Positions 38,582-52,371 of a stretch of DNA of 64,000 nt are shown here, piece after piece. Each line of letters begins with the position of its first letter. Positions within the stretch are counted from its first letter, which is position 1. The position numbers were made by a program, and so were the translations under genes. The notes beneath the pieces were generated by a model. That model made no database searches. It was not told the DNA's origin and worked only from the letters and a program-made list of their open reading frames with translations. The DNA comes from Lama glama (Eukaryota), in contig CM052817.1 of assembly GCA_028534125.1 (NCBI GenBank), forward strand, positions 5,706,001 to 5,770,000, given 5' to 3'.

Positions 38582-39434
38582 CTGTGAGGGAGCAGCCGTT
38601 GGGCAGGGGAGGAGCTCCTCCTCGATCCAGCTGTGTGACCTGGGGCAGGTCACTTTCTATCTCTGAGCCCCAGTTTCAGCGTCTGTAAAATTGGGACAAG
38701 GATGACCCCTAAGCTACCCCATCGACGATTCTACAGATGTGGGAGTGAAAGGGGATGTTGCCTTTGAAGAGGTTAGCACAGTCCTGGCGCACAGTATGTG
38801 GCCAGTAAATGAATCACTAACATGTATTGAGGGCTTAGATGGAAGCAGGCAATATGAGACATTTTTACGGCAGTATCACATTTCAAAAATGCTCTTAGTC
38901 AATTCCTATTATTATGTAAAACACTGTATTTCTACACCCGGTGTCCTGGCGAGGTGTAAGATGACTTAAGTCCTGTCATTAAATGCGCCTGGAGGGGCTG
39001 TCACTTGTCTAGCACGTGGGGGTGGCTTCACGCTGGGTGTGGAAGGACGTTTAGGAAATTGCCGCCGCTCTAGCAGGCCGGACGGTTGATGAGAACACGG
39101 TGTCGCTGGCGCTGGGACACGATGAGTGTGGGGACAGGTGCGGGGGCACCTGAGCCCAGTCTGCAGAGACTCAGGGCGGGAGGAGTCTGCGCTCACCTCG
39201 AAGGCTGAGCTGAAGTCAGCCGGGGGAAAAGGAAAGGAAAGGAGTTCCCGGAGAGGGTTCTGCGTGGGCAAGGGCATGGAGGCACGAGAGAGACAGGCAG
39301 GGGTGAGCGGCAAACGTCCAGAATGGAGGGCGGGGGGAGAGGGAGGCCCCTCCGTGCAGTCCACCAGCTCCTGCTGCAGGAGGGTCTAGGGTTGGGAGGA
39401 GCCTTGCAGGCTCTTGTATGGCTCTCTGCTAGGT

Positions 39435-39530
39435 CATTCATCCACCTATCCATCCACCCATCCGTTCGTCAATCCATCCACCCATCCTTCCACCCACACA
39501 TCCATCCATCCACCCATCCAGCCATCCATT
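39435..39530. repeat. (CCAT)n imperfect tetranucleotide repeat
   Basis: catccatccacccatcc arrays. Confidence 0.85.
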
Positions 39531-39960
39531 TGCAGATCGTTCCAAGTTCCTCCTGGGCACCATGCACTGGGCTGGGAGGTGGGAATGTGGAAATGATAGA
39601 GGCATGGTCCTCACCCCCACAACTCACTGTCCATCGGGGAGAGAGATGTGTCAACAGTGAAAGCCACTGCTGTGTGATAAGTGAGGTTGCAGGATTGCCC
39701 CTGGGGTCCCTGGGAACACAGAGGAGGGTGTCTCCCTCAGATGTGGGGTGAGGGAAGCCTTCCTGGAGGAGGAGGTATCCAAGAGTCAGAAGGGCTTCCT
39801 GAGTCAGAAAAGCAAGAGAAGCCAGTTGAGGAGGGAGCCCTGGGAGGAGGAAGGGGCCAGGCTCTTTGGGGGACTCCCCAGGCCAAAGGCCTAAAAGCAC
39901 TGGGGCTGAAGCCAGGCCCACACGGACCTCGCTCGGGGAGTGACAGGCACGTATCCTCAC

Positions 39961-40062
39961 CTGCAGCATCAGTGTGATGGTGAGGATCCCAAAGAAGAGA
40001 GTCATCAGCCCAAAGCTGCCAATGAGGAGGGGTCTCCGTCCCACGTGCTCGATGGCCAAGCC
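39961..40062 (-). pseudogene. SLC2A9: SLC2A9 exon ~9, 102 bp, reading frame intact
   Basis: cctag|GGCTTGGCC...CTGCAG|gtgagg. Translates to [34 protein letters not shown] with the sugar-porter GRR loop motif; also inside ORF 39469..40059. Confidence 0.95.
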
Positions 40063-42454
40063 CTAGGTCAGGGTCAGAGAGAGACAGTTATGACTCCACT
40101 TTTGGCAGCAAGCAAAGGCGACCATGGTGCTGGGAACCACACTGGGATCATGGCTAAAGAAGGGCTCTCAGCTGGAGACTTTTGGCTACTTTCTCCGCTG
40201 CCACAACCAGGAGGAAATATCTCTTTGAGAAAGGAGGAAAGGCAGGGAGGATAAGTGACAGATCATGGGCACTGGCTGTGTCCACATACTCACATTTCCC
40301 CTAATCTTCCTTGTTGGGGACGGTGGGCTTATCTGCTGGGAGTCTGGAAAAGCTACAGAACGTACGTGGTTCCCAGCCCTTCCCCCACCTTTGGCTCCAG
40401 TGGGCGGGAGGCAAGTGTTCTCCATCCCTCCGTGTCGTGTCGTGTCGTGGGTGCTCTAGGGGCAACTCCCAGGGCAGAGGCCCGGGGGTGGGAGTGGGCA
40501 GAGAAGGCTCCGCTGTTTTTCACTCTGCCTGTGCCCGGGCAGGTCAGCTTCATTCTGGAGTGTGAGATCCGTAATCCCAGGTGACTGCAGCCCCTGAAAC
40601 CATGTCCCCAACCCAGCTTCCCGCAGCTGTAGGGCTGTCACCAGCCTCCATCCAGCTGTCCCTGTGTTTCCATCTCAGGCGGGTAAGCACAGACTCTTCA
40701 CTGAGCTCCTTCAAACGCCAACGGCCCAGAAACATCCTGATGGAAATTTCAGAGACAGGCAGCCTGGGGCTCATATCCTGGGTCTGCCGCTTTCCAGCTG
40801 TGTGGACTCCGGTGCACGACACCCCCTCCCAGAGCTCCAGGGCCTTTATCTGTGACAGAAGGACCAAGTACCCTCCAACAAGGCTGTCTGCAGGGTGGGG
40901 AGGGTCAATAAGAGGCTGTGTTCAAAACACAAAGTAAATCTTCTGATTATGTCCAGTGCCATCCCCTCCTCTTTCCTCCTGCTGCAATTTCACAGAAGGA
41001 GGACGCTGAGGATCAGAGGGGTGAAGTAACTCAGGGGCCATCACACAACCATCAAGAGGTCCATCAACAAGTGAACTGCTTAAATAAACACTGGAACATC
41101 CAGATGATAATTATGTAGGAATTCATATATTTTAAAAGAACTTAAAATAATATAGAAAAATCCTCAGGATATGATTTTAAGTGAAAAGAGCTGGGCATAA
41201 AGGTATACCAACTTATATACAGTTTTATAAATTACAGTTATGTGAAACTAACACACTCTACAAACATATACACAAAAATAGTTTATAACAGCTACCTCCG
41301 TTTGGGGGATAACATTGGCTTCTTATTTCACTTGTTGTTTTTCAGTCTTTTCCAAATTTTTTACAGGGCATTTTTGCTTAAAAAAAAAAAGACTAGCTAA
41401 AACTTGGAGATGCAAATCCCTAGCTCCTGAGTTACAAATCTTTACTTTTTCCTGGTCTTCAATGATTTCCAATACTCACACTGGCAAATTTTCATCACTG
41501 CGTAGAATGTGTTTTTGCTACAATTAAGGATGTCAGAGCCATTCTTATGGTTAAAGGTCTAAGAGACTAAAGTTACGCTGGCACTGGATGCCATGGCCAC
41601 TCATAACGGGACCGTGTCGGAGCTTCACCTCATAAGCATCTTGGGGGCTTTGGTTAGTGTCCCCAGTGACAGGGCACAAAATGACTGGAGAAATTACCAA
41701 GACAACTGCACCAGCCATCGGGAGACACTGAGCACCGAGGCTGCTACACTGAGATTGACGTGTGCTGCACTGTCCCATTGAACTTGTTACTGACTTCAGT
41801 GTTTTTAGTATTTTTCATTGTTTTTTGGTTTTTTTTGTTTGTTTGTTTTAGTTTCTTCAAAGGCACCACCATCAACTTCAGAGTCAGAAAGTGTACCCCA
41901 AACACAAACCAGTTGATAATCACTGTCTCACACCACGATGCCAGCATTTGAGTGCTTGGTTGGGGGCAGGAATCCGGCTGTTTCGTGTCACTAAAGCCTC
42001 TGCATGAACCAGTAATGTGAGCCAAAGTAAAGCTGGAGACATTGTCCTTGATTTGGAAACACTCTGTAAATGTGGTCTAGGAAGACGCCAAGGAAATGGC
42101 TGTGAAAGAGGAAGAAGAGATGGAAACAACCCTCTCCATCCTAGTGGATGGAAGGTCAAGTTTGCAGGGCTCCTTTCTTCCTCCTTTAAATAGCATTGAA
42201 GCGCAGTCCATCGAAAGGCATTAGAGTAAACGTGCTATTTCCACTCAACATTGAAATCATTAGAGAAGACATTAACTCAAGGTCAACAGCAGCCTCTGAA
42301 GGTTACTGGCGTTAGCTGGGGATGACCTGTCTGTCTCCTGATGCTCCTAAGAAAGTCCCTCTGGGGACTCCTGAGCCAGGGTCATTCAGCAGCCATTTAC
42401 CTGCACCTACTGCCCACCCCACAGTCCTAGGACCAATGGTGGAATAAGAATGGT

Positions 42455-42860
42455 ATTTTAAAATCAACTTCATTGATGGATGTGTAGTTAGATTCAGTAA
42501 AAATGTACCCATTTTAATCATACAGTTTGGTATGTTTTGACAGATTTATACACCCATAAAACCCTGGCCACATCAAAATACAGAACATTTCTGTCATTTC
42601 AAAGTTCCCTTGAGTGCCCTTCCCTGGCCCCAGGCAACCACTGATATGCTTTTCATCAGTATAGATTAGTCTAGATCAGATGAAAGTTCCATACTGGTTA
42701 TTAAAATGCTTTTGAGATTCATCCATGTTGTATATATATCAATAGTTGATTCCTTTTTAGTGCTCAGTAGTATTCCATCAAATGGATGTACCACATTTAT
42801 TTCTCCACTCATCGGTTGATGGAGACTTGGGCTGTTTCCAATTTTGGCTCTTATGCCCTT
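42455..42860 (-). mobile_element. Ancient L1M 3' fragment
   Basis: caggcaaccactgatatgc, ttttgagattcatccatgttg, tagtattccatc, gatggagacttgggctgtttcca. Confidence 0.7.
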
Positions 42861-42987
42861 GGGGAATGTTATGAACTGAAATGTGTCCTCTCCAAAAAAG
42901 ACAGGTTGAAGTTTCCAATTTGGGCTCTTATGCCCTTGGGGAATGTTATGAGTTGAAATGTGTCCTCTCCAAAAAAGACAGGTTGAA
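42834..42987. repeat. 77-bp direct tandem duplication (2 copies)
   Basis: 42834-42910 versus 42911-42987, 3 mismatches. Confidence 0.92.
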
Positions 42988-43387
42988 GTCCTAATCCCTG
43001 GTACATCAAAATGTGACTTTGTTTGGAAATAGGATCTTTACAGAAGTAATCAAGTTGAAATGAGGTCACTAGGGTAGGCCTAATCCAGGATGACTGGTAT
43101 CCTTATAAAGAGGGGGAAATGTGGACACAGACACGCCCACAGGGAGAACACCATGTGAACTTGAAGGCAGAGATCAGGTGATGCTTCTACAAGGAATGCC
43201 AAGGATTGTCAGCAAATCTCCAGGTGCTAGGGCAGAAGCCTAGAACAGTCTTCCTCAGCCTCAGAAGGAATCTACCCTCCAACACCTGGTTTCCAACTTC
43301 TGACCTCTAGAATGCAAGACGATAAATTTCTGTGTTGAAGCTGCGTATTTGTGATACTTTGTTACGCAGCCCTAGCAAACCAATACA
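42944..43387 (+). mobile_element. MLT1 (B/C-like) MaLR solo LTR
   Basis: tgttatgagttgaaatgtgtcc, tttggaaataggatctttacagaagtaatcaagtt, gactggtatccttataaga, cagccctagcaaaccaataca. Confidence 0.82.
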
Positions 43388-44161
43388 GGCAGCTCAAGTC
43401 TGATGGAGAGCAGGGCTTGGCGCCTTGTCTGTTAAATGATTAAACACATGAAGAAAGAAGGAAGGGATGGAGGGAGGAAAACAGGGCCTGAAATTTCATG
43501 TATTTCAAATATGACTCAATCTAAGCCTCCAAATTTGACTTAATGTGCCTTTAAAGTCTTTTACATACATTACTTCTTGTGAATTTTATAGGTCGATCTT
43601 TGTCTATGTTGTATTCTGTGTTTACAGCTGACCATAAAGTGTCTGACATACTCAGCACTTGGCAGAATCCTTGACATCTTAGGGATGGTGGGGTCCTGGG
43701 AGAGCCCCTTCCTCCACAAGATCATGGAAGTTACCCTTTCCTTCTGTCCTATTCCAGGCCGGCCCTTTTCTGATTCTGCTGGTTCCCGTTGAACTCAGCC
43801 TTCACCTGGCTCGATTTGCTGCTCATGAGCACATGGGCCACATGGGCTGACAGTGTGCAGGGCTCCAGAAAGAGAAGGTGCTGCTGGTGGGAGCTCAGCC
43901 TCCCTCAGAACATCCGAGCTGACTGCTTGGGGCAGAGGGTGTGGACCCCAGCCGGAGGCAGAGCGCTCCGTCTAGTTAGCGGATGCTTCTTTCCTCCAAT
44001 GGCTTTAACCGAGTCTCACTCAATTAAGCAACTGTGCACTGTGTGCTTCTGCAATTATGGGCCGGCCCCTCGCCTGGCAGAACACGTGCAGAGCAGGGCA
44101 GACTAGGTTTGCAGAATACGGTGGGATAACTACCACTGCCATTTCTTCAAACCTACTGTGT

Positions 44162-44187
44162 CACACACACACACACACACACACACA
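44162..44187. repeat. (CA)n microsatellite
   Basis: Directly visible. Confidence 0.95.
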
Positions 44188-46989
44188 GTCGGAACACTGG
44201 AGCAAGATGCCTCCCAGACTGGGGACAGCTCCCACGTATCCCAAATGGTTGCCCTTGATCCTGACACTTTGGGGATGGCGGGATCCCTGAGGAGCTCTTG
44301 CCGCACCAGCAGTGAGTGATGCCCCAGGCAGAAACTGGATTATTGCTAAAGTTTGTGTTACGGAAGGATGGGGGAAAGGAACAGGGAATGGCTTCATTAT
44401 CACCAACTCAGCTCTGCCACCAAGGCAGACTGCCTGAGGAAAACGTCAAGCTTCAGTGTTAACTCTGAACGGCTAGTGCTTCTGTTTTAAATATGCCAGC
44501 GCTCATCTTTGCTTTCACAAATCATGGTCTGAAAAGAAGCAGAGGCCATGGAAAGCTGTGGTTATCTGCCAGTTAATGGAGTTTTTCAGTCTGTGTTCAG
44601 AAGACAGGGTCTCAGAAGTCATTTTCGACTTGGAACAGGCTCTCTCTAAAGTGAAAGCTGAAAATAATTCACTGAAACATAACCTTTGTTTGGAAATTTC
44701 TGTTTAAAAGATGAATGTGTGTGAGACATGTGTATCTGTTTGGGTCAAAGGTTGAAGAATGAAAAAAGTAACTGTTTAAATGACTGTTATTCCAGGGTGG
44801 TGTGTGATCCCCAAGTACAATAGACTAAAATGGTCTTGAGACACTTCAACCAAAGGGCACAGTCAGACATGGACTGAAGCCCATGGGGAGAGCAGAAGAG
44901 GTGGCCAGCAGACCAGGCCCCTCCAGGTTCCCAAGTCCTAGGAGGATCTTTTCCTTTCCGGTCACTTGAGAAGTGGTTTGAGGCCAGAGCTGCCGTAACT
45001 TCTAAGGGGACACACCTCACCTTCCTGCCCATCTCAAGAAAGGAAAAGGTAGACCCTGAGAGGCTAATGATCATAGTTTAAACTGTTCTCAACTTTGGGC
45101 AAATGGAAAAAAATTAGTCCTTAAAGAAAAGGAATTGAGAAAGAGACACTGAGTGGCCAGCTGGCTTCAGAATCAGTGTGCTCACATCAGGAGCCTGGAG
45201 CCCCGAGCCATATCTCCACCTTCCTTTGATGCAGGAAGCTGTAGGGCAGCCCAGACACAGGGGAGCCGAAGGAGGCTACCGGAGAGATCAGGAGGAGATC
45301 AGAAGATGTTTGGTGGGAAAATGAAGCATCAGGTACATATCCTGGGAGTCAGGGAATGTCCTTGGCCAAACTCAGAAACAGAACCACCTGACGGAAGCTA
45401 TTATCAGTGTTGGGAGTGGGTGGGAGCAGGGACGGCGGGGAGATGGCTCCCAGGGAGAAACTGCCTGTCCTGACTCTGCACGCCGTCTTCCTCACTCCCC
45501 TTCTAACCCCCCTCCCGTGAGGAGGAGCCCTCAGAACCAGGAGAGTCCTCATGCCCACATGCAGACTTCCCTCCGAGGCCACAGATGGCCTGAGTGCTTC
45601 TTGAATGATGGTGTGAGCGCAGGATCCAAAAAGCTGCTCAGCCTGCATTTTAGTTTCTCAGCTCTGGTGGGTGTTGCCTGGTTGGATGGAGCCTCTGACA
45701 GCCACCACGCCTTCCGGGGAGTTTGGGGCCAAGGGAGAACTCTAGTTCTGCTTTTGTTTGCTGTGGCGCCCACCTCTGCTAAGTTCCTGTAACCTTTGTT
45801 CGATAAACTGGGGACTTAATCTCTCGGTGGAGGTTGTGGGGGGAAGTTTCTTCCTGCCACGCTGTGACCCATAGAAATGCCGCAGAGTCGTCGTTCAGCG
45901 GCGGAAGGGTTTCCTCCGCAGTGGAGGATGAACTGAACTCAGTTCTGGTGGCAGCTTTAGACTGATCTGACGATTCACCGGGCAAAGCAGCCTCTTTTCA
46001 AGCCCCCTAACAGTCCCCCCGCTCCCGTCCTCCCCACGCCCCTCGCCCACATCTACTTTACAGCGGCCTGAGAGACACTTTCCTAACGCAGCATGGCTTT
46101 CCGCTTTTGATCCCCTGGGCTGAGCCCCTCCAGATCCCCAGCCGCCTTGCCATCCTTCAAACCTGCAGGCGTGTTCCTGCTCCCATGTAAAGCCTCTTCT
46201 AGGCACCGTCTGCCTCTCCAGATGCCTTGTGTCCTGGAGAAGGATCCACAGGACCAGATCAACAGGCCCCCTCGCCCTCTGCCTCCAGAGGGCGTCCGCC
46301 AACAAGGCAGCAGTAAGAAATCAGAAGGAGGGAAGGGAACCTGGGGATGATCCCCCCGCCCCCTTCCTACAGGTGCAGTTTGGTTGGCTGTGTCCCTCTA
46401 CTGAAGGTCACGGCTCCTGATGCGTGGCCCACCCACCCTACAGACCCGCCAACCCCGAGTTCGCCTGTCCTCTGACCCCTCCGGTCACTGGGCCGACTCC
46501 TGCTGTGGTCTGACTGATGCGAGCCTTCCTTCTGGCTGCTCCCTCTGCCTGGAACGTTCTTCCCCAGGTGTCTGGGTGACAGACAGCTCCCTCATCCCTG
46601 GATCCCGACCACGGTATTTAATACAGCAACCCGCCCCACCTCTCCATCCCGCTGCTCTGCTCTACTGTCCTCACAGCCTCCTGCACCTTCTAACCACCCT
46701 GCAGGTGCCCGCTCACTAGTGCTATTGTTATGGTTGGTCCCCCCACTGGGAGCTCGCCTCCTCCTGGGCAAGGACCTGTTTCTCTTTCAGCCACTGGTGC
46801 ATCCTAAGAACCTGGACCATGCCTGGCACAGGGCAGGGGCCCACCTGGCACCTGCTGAATGTTGAAAGAATGAACGCTCTGGCTCTGTTTCATCTCCCAG
46901 GATTTTAGGAGGCAGCAGGGCATGCTCATGTCTTTCTGTAACATACGTTTGGTTCTCTTCAGGAATGCTAATAACCAACAATGACCGGG

Positions 46990-47405
46990 CTCGTTTGCCA
47001 GGGGTTGCTGTCATAACAAATCACAAACTGAGTGGCTTAAGCAGCAGAAATTTCTTCTCCAGAAGGCCTGGAGGCTACAAGTCCAAGATCAAGGCAGTGG
47101 CAGGGCCGTCTCCCTCTGAAGGTGTGGGGAAGGGTCTGTCCCAGACCTCTCTCCCAGCTTCTCGCAGCTCCTTGGCTTTTGCAGCCTAATTTCAGCATTC
47201 ACGTGGTGCTCCCTGTGTGCGTCTGTGTCCAAACTCCCCCTTTTTATAAAGACATCAGTCACGTTGGATCAGGGCTCCAGTGGGGTCTCATCTTAGTTAA
47301 TGACATCTGCGGTGACCCTATTTCCAAGTCAGGTCATGTTCTAAGATACTGGGGGCTAGAGTGTCAACATACGGATTTTCAGGGGTCACCATTCAGCCCA
47401 TAGCA
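46990..47405 (-). mobile_element. MLT1-type MaLR solo LTR
   Basis: gctgtcataacaaatcacaaactgagtggcttaagcagcagaaattt, ggaggctacaagtccaagatcaagg, accctatttccaagtcaggtca, cattcagcccatagca. Confidence 0.8.
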
Positions 47406-48822
47406 ACAGTTAACATTTATTAAGTGCCTGCCCTGTGCCAAGCGCTGTGAATCACTGCAGAATTCTTGTGATAATACCTGCTGGGGGAGAGATTTGCTCT
47501 TATCCCCACTTCTCCTAAGAGAAAACAGAGGCTCAGAGAGGTTAAGTAACTGGCCCAAGGGCACCCAGCTGGTAAGCGCCGGGCCGCGGTGAAGGAGCAG
47601 GAGACAGACAAACTTGCTTCCCTGATGCTAAAACTGCTTGCTGATTGATTACTAGCTTTAACGCAGAGGCTAAGCTCCAGGAAGGAGGTAACAGGCTATA
47701 ACCGCAGAAGGGCGGACAGACCCGCTGGAGTTCCTCCTGACGCCAGGAGATCTACCGAGGCTGAGAGGAAGGCAGCCGCAGCCGGCAGTGCGCCCTGGCT
47801 GTCACCACCTTTTCTGTTGCCTTCAGTTTTTCTGTAAATACCTCAAGACCCCAGCCCAGGATGGATTCACAGCCCCTACGGCATGGGCCCGCTGTGACTC
47901 CCCTCCGCCTGGCAAAGCAACGAGGTTCTGTGCTTTCTGGATTCCCCCCAAACTGCCTCCAAGTCTCAGTCGTCTCCTGGGGTTACAGAGGCTGGTTTTG
48001 CGGCAACAAGGGCACGTCACCGTTCCGCGTCATCCCCTCCACCTGCTCTGCCCTCCGGCGTGCGCTGGATCCAGTGGCCAGAGATGCAGCAGGGAACACG
48101 GGGGGTTTTGATGGTGAAATCGTGGAATTTGTTGGGAAGCAGAGTGACTGGCGGAAACCAGTAGTTTTTGTTTGTTTGTTTGTTTGTTTTACTTAGTCGC
48201 CAGGGTGTAGTCTGTTCCAGACGATGGCAGACGATGCCATGACTAAGGAGGAAGAGTGACATGTGAATTCCGTTTCCCCTGATTTAAAAGAGGACAGCTT
48301 CCCTGCTTCTCGATGGAATGAGCCTTGTGCCTCACCAGCCGCCGCCTCACGTGGCAGTGGACCCTCGGGTCCTGCGCCCTGAGCGACACCCTGCAGATGC
48401 TCACTCATCAGAGACCCAGTGCTGCGCCTTGAGAAGCTATTTGGAAAACCAGCTGTTTCTGCAAGGCGGCAATTATTTACAGCTGCCCCCGCTGATGAGC
48501 GAAGCCAGGAGCCAAAATTAATTGCAGATCAAAAGAACAAAAATGTCTTTCTCAGTGTTATCAGGCCCCGGAGCCATTTGAAGAGAATGTCAAAATCTCA
48601 AGAAGAAGAAAGAAAACTTGGAAAGTGCCTTCAGGCAGGCCATCTCCCCCCGGGGCTGGATGAAACAGCACGCAGACGTTTGGAAACAAGGTCACACAGG
48701 CTTTGGAAGGGGCAAGGGATGCCCTGAGTCTCGACCCCGCCAGGACCGTCCAGCGGCCTCCACGTGCTCTGAGTTTCGTTTCCCTGACGCGTTCTGGAAG
48801 TCGTGCATCCGTGCACAAGTCT

Positions 48823-49310
48823 TGTGCATCCGTTTCCTGTGGCTGCTGTAACAAGTTACCACCAACTCTGTGGCTTTTTGGAACCTACCTTTATTCTCTC
48901 ACAGTTCCCGAGGTCACAAGCCTGAACCAGGTCTCGTGGAGCAAAGATTGGTTGCTGGCAGGGCTCTGTCCCTCCGGGAGGCTCTCAGCGAGGGACCTGC
49001 CCCCCGCCTTTCCCGGCTTCTCACGGCTGCCCGCACTCCTTGGCTTGCGGCCTGGCTCTCCATCTTCAGAGCCAACAGCTGCACCACCTCTGCTTTCGGC
49101 ATCACATCTCCTTCTCTGACGGACCCTCCTGCCTCTCTTGTAAGGGCCCTTGCAAGTCTATCGAACCCACCCAGATAACCCAGGATGACCTCCCCATCCC
49201 CCAACCCTTAACTCAGTCACGCCCGCAAAGCCTCTTTTGCCCTGTCAAGTAACATATTCTTTTCCTAGCAATTAGGACATGGACATTTGGGCAGCATTCT
49301 GCCTCCTACA
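48823..49310 (-). mobile_element. MLT1 (D-like) MaLR solo LTR
   Basis: gtttcctgtggctgctgtaacaagttaccacc, ttattctctcacagttc, cccacccagataacccaggatgacctccccatc, gcaaagcctcttttgccctgtcaagtaacatattc. Confidence 0.8.
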
Positions 49311-52261
49311 GGTGGACGTGGTTAGGTACCCATTTTAAAGATGAACAAATCATTTCAGAGATGTTGGGCACTTTTCCCAAAACCACAGTTGGTAAAAGGA
49401 TGATTACGATTTGAATTCAGAGTCACCAGGCACTAAAGCCTCAACTGTCTCTCTGCCAGAACGTTGTTCCATCCCAGACCCCCAGCCTTGGGCTGAATTT
49501 AACCTCATGGTTTTCCAGGGATTGGAGTAAATGCTACTATTTCTACAACTGTTTTCAACGGACAGTTCTGCACTTTCAGCTCCTTAAGAAGGTAAACTAG
49601 GAGGAAGCACACACTGGGGGCTTGCACACAGGGCCACAGGCAGGCTGCCCTCCACCTGGCTAACTCCCGCTGGCCCTTCTGCACTCAGCCTCCTGGGCCC
49701 CTCCTCCAGGAAGACCTCTTGGATCCCCTCACAGGAGAACCCCTCCCACACACGGCACACATCTGTTTCTGGGTCCTTTTCCTTAGATCACGATAACTTC
49801 ACCAGTGACCTCCCAGCAGGAGCATGAAATGGGTGCCCCATAGCTGCCTGTGGCATGGGTGAATGCGTGGATGGATGAATCCACCACCAGAACTATGAAG
49901 CTGTCATTCTCATTCTGGGCCCACACGGGGGTGCCCATGCCTCTAAAATGCACATAATCCAAATGACCATGGCCCGTCGTGATCCAAACTTGAGGAGAGC
50001 AGTGGGCAGACTCTCCAGAGGCTGTGGCTCCCCGTTCTGATTTGAGAAAGGTCCCCTCTTTCTCTCCCAGGAGGGTGAAGTCATTTACCTCCTTCCTGGG
50101 ATTAGTCCTTGCAAGAGGTACTTCATCAAACATTGTCAGCTTTTAATGAGGGTGACTGGCCGGCCAGAGCATGGGGACCGGAAGGAGGGGCTTCTGGAAT
50201 CAGAGGGACTGAGGTTGCAAGCATCGCCACTCCCTCTGTTCGGTCCCCTTTCAAATGGGGGCAGTAACCAGACCTTCAGGAGTGATGCGCACATTCGTAA
50301 GATCCCACGTAAAGTCTCAGGGTCTTGGGGAGCAATAGGGTCCTAGATGTGAGCGCTCCCCACTCCCTCAGGTTCTGACCTGCTGGCTGTGTGATCCCGG
50401 GTAAGTCGTTTCTTCTGGTCTTGGTTTCCGCAACTACAGAAAGACTGCGAGAGTCCCTGTAAAGTCCTGCTCTCCTGGAGGACATCCACCACAGCCTTAT
50501 TAAAAAAGACAGATAGTGGGAACCTACCTAAACAGAACAAGAAGAGTTACCCCTCCCTGAGTCACATCATGTGCCATGTGTCCACTTGTTTAATCCTCAC
50601 TCCATCCCTATGAGGCAGGGATGGTGTCATTACAGAAAAGGGGAATCGAGTCACAGAGCTGTTGAATAACTTCCTGGGGTCACGCAGTTCAAAGGGGATA
50701 AATCTGGGATTCCAGGCAGTGTGGCTCTGCCGTCTGGGCTCCGAGTAGAGATGCTCAAGAACCCTGCCCCGCAGACAATGGTCATGGAAATTGCTGCATA
50801 GCTTCTTTTTGGAGAATGATACGCTCTCACAACTGGTGTTAATTCAGAGGGGGTGATGCTCTACCTGCCTTTCTGTACATGTGTTATACTTCAATTAAAA
50901 ATTTACTCAAACAATAAAGAATAAAATGGAAAGTCATCCTGACATAAGTTTATGTGGACAAAAGCAGAATTAAAATTAGTCTGTAGATAGGATTATACTG
51001 AATAAGGTCAATACAGTCATCTATGTACAGAAAGCACCAGGGGAGAGTTTGCCCAACTTACTTGGGTGGTATGATCACAGGTGATGGATCCTTTGCTTCT
51101 ATTTTTTGTATTTTACAAATTTACCCTAATGAGCTCATGCTGATTTCTTATAACAACAGAATACTTTACCAAAAAAGAAAACCCCAAAACAAACCCTGTA
51201 ATTTTCCCATCGCTTTCATTCCAGGCTGACTGTGCTCTCCCGCTGATCGATGTGAAAATTAATGATGACAATTGGTTGGGGTCTATAATGTGAGACAAGA
51301 ACTCTGGGAAACTTACAGATTGTGAAATATCAAGATATTTTCTCTCTAACAAAAAGACTGCCAGTGGAAGGGGAAGGAGACGGAACATCAGTCCTCAACA
51401 CTTTTATAACATCCACTTTTAAAAGCATCTTGTTAGAATGCCCCATTAAAAGCAAGGGGCAAAATAAAGTGTTCTTTCGAAAATGCACCAAAAGTACAGT
51501 TGGAAACCTCTGCCTGTTGCACTGGCATCAATCTTGTCAGTGTAAATCAGTAAGCAAGAGTAGAAATAAGGTCATCAAAGTCAAGGTTGAAGAGACAGAA
51601 GTAGCTCCTAAAGGGGGAAACCGAAGATCAGAGAAGTTGAGTGCGTTGTGACATCACAAAGCCAGTAAGTTTCAGAGCCAGGACTCAAATTCCATTTGGT
51701 CTGATTGCAAAACCTCTGCAATTTCTGCTAGATCCCGAAATCTCTAATGATTCATTTTCCCCCAATGTTTACTCTATACATTGGAGGTTGAGAAGGAGTG
51801 ATGAGATCTGTGCCCCTCTTCTGTTGGATGCTGTTGCTTATTATAAAAGTATCCTTTCTCCTTTTCTTTGCCTTGAAAACTCCCACATGTTTGGGACAGT
51901 CATGGTTTAAAGTCAGCTAATGGTTTTAAACTTAGGCTCCCCTGGACTCTGATCTGGACTCCCAGGGAGACATGGCTCTCTCCACTCAGTGCTCATCATA
52001 ATGTGTCATTCAAAGAAAGAAGCTATTTATTAACAGGGAGACAACAGGGAAATGAAATGTAGACAAAAATACTCTTTAGATGGGCGAAATGTCAGTGATA
52101 AACTGCATGCTAAACTCCCCAAATTCAGACATCTGTGGAGTGACAAAGGGTATGCTCTTTTAAAGGCATGTCAGTTTGTTACCAGGGGGTCCCCACAGCG
52201 CTGTTTACCATCCCCCCAGCCCCAGTGTGATGTTCTCAAGAATAACCCTCAATTTACTTAC

Positions 52262-52371
52262 AGAGAAGATGGCAGCCAAAATCTCGATGCCACCTGTGCT
52301 CAAGGTGATGTAGGGGATCTTTTCTGGAGGGATTCCAGCATTTCCAAAGATACTGTTGGTGCAGAACCAAT
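52262..52371 (-). pseudogene. SLC2A9: SLC2A9 exon ~8, 110 bp (expected 111) with a 1-bp deletion at the 5' end
   Basis: Polypyrimidine tract, then ccctaaag|ATTGGTTCTGCACC...TTCTCT|gtaagt. Corrected translation (I)[36 protein letters not shown] matches GLUT9 [42 protein letters not shown] is reduced to ATTGG. Confidence 0.92.
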
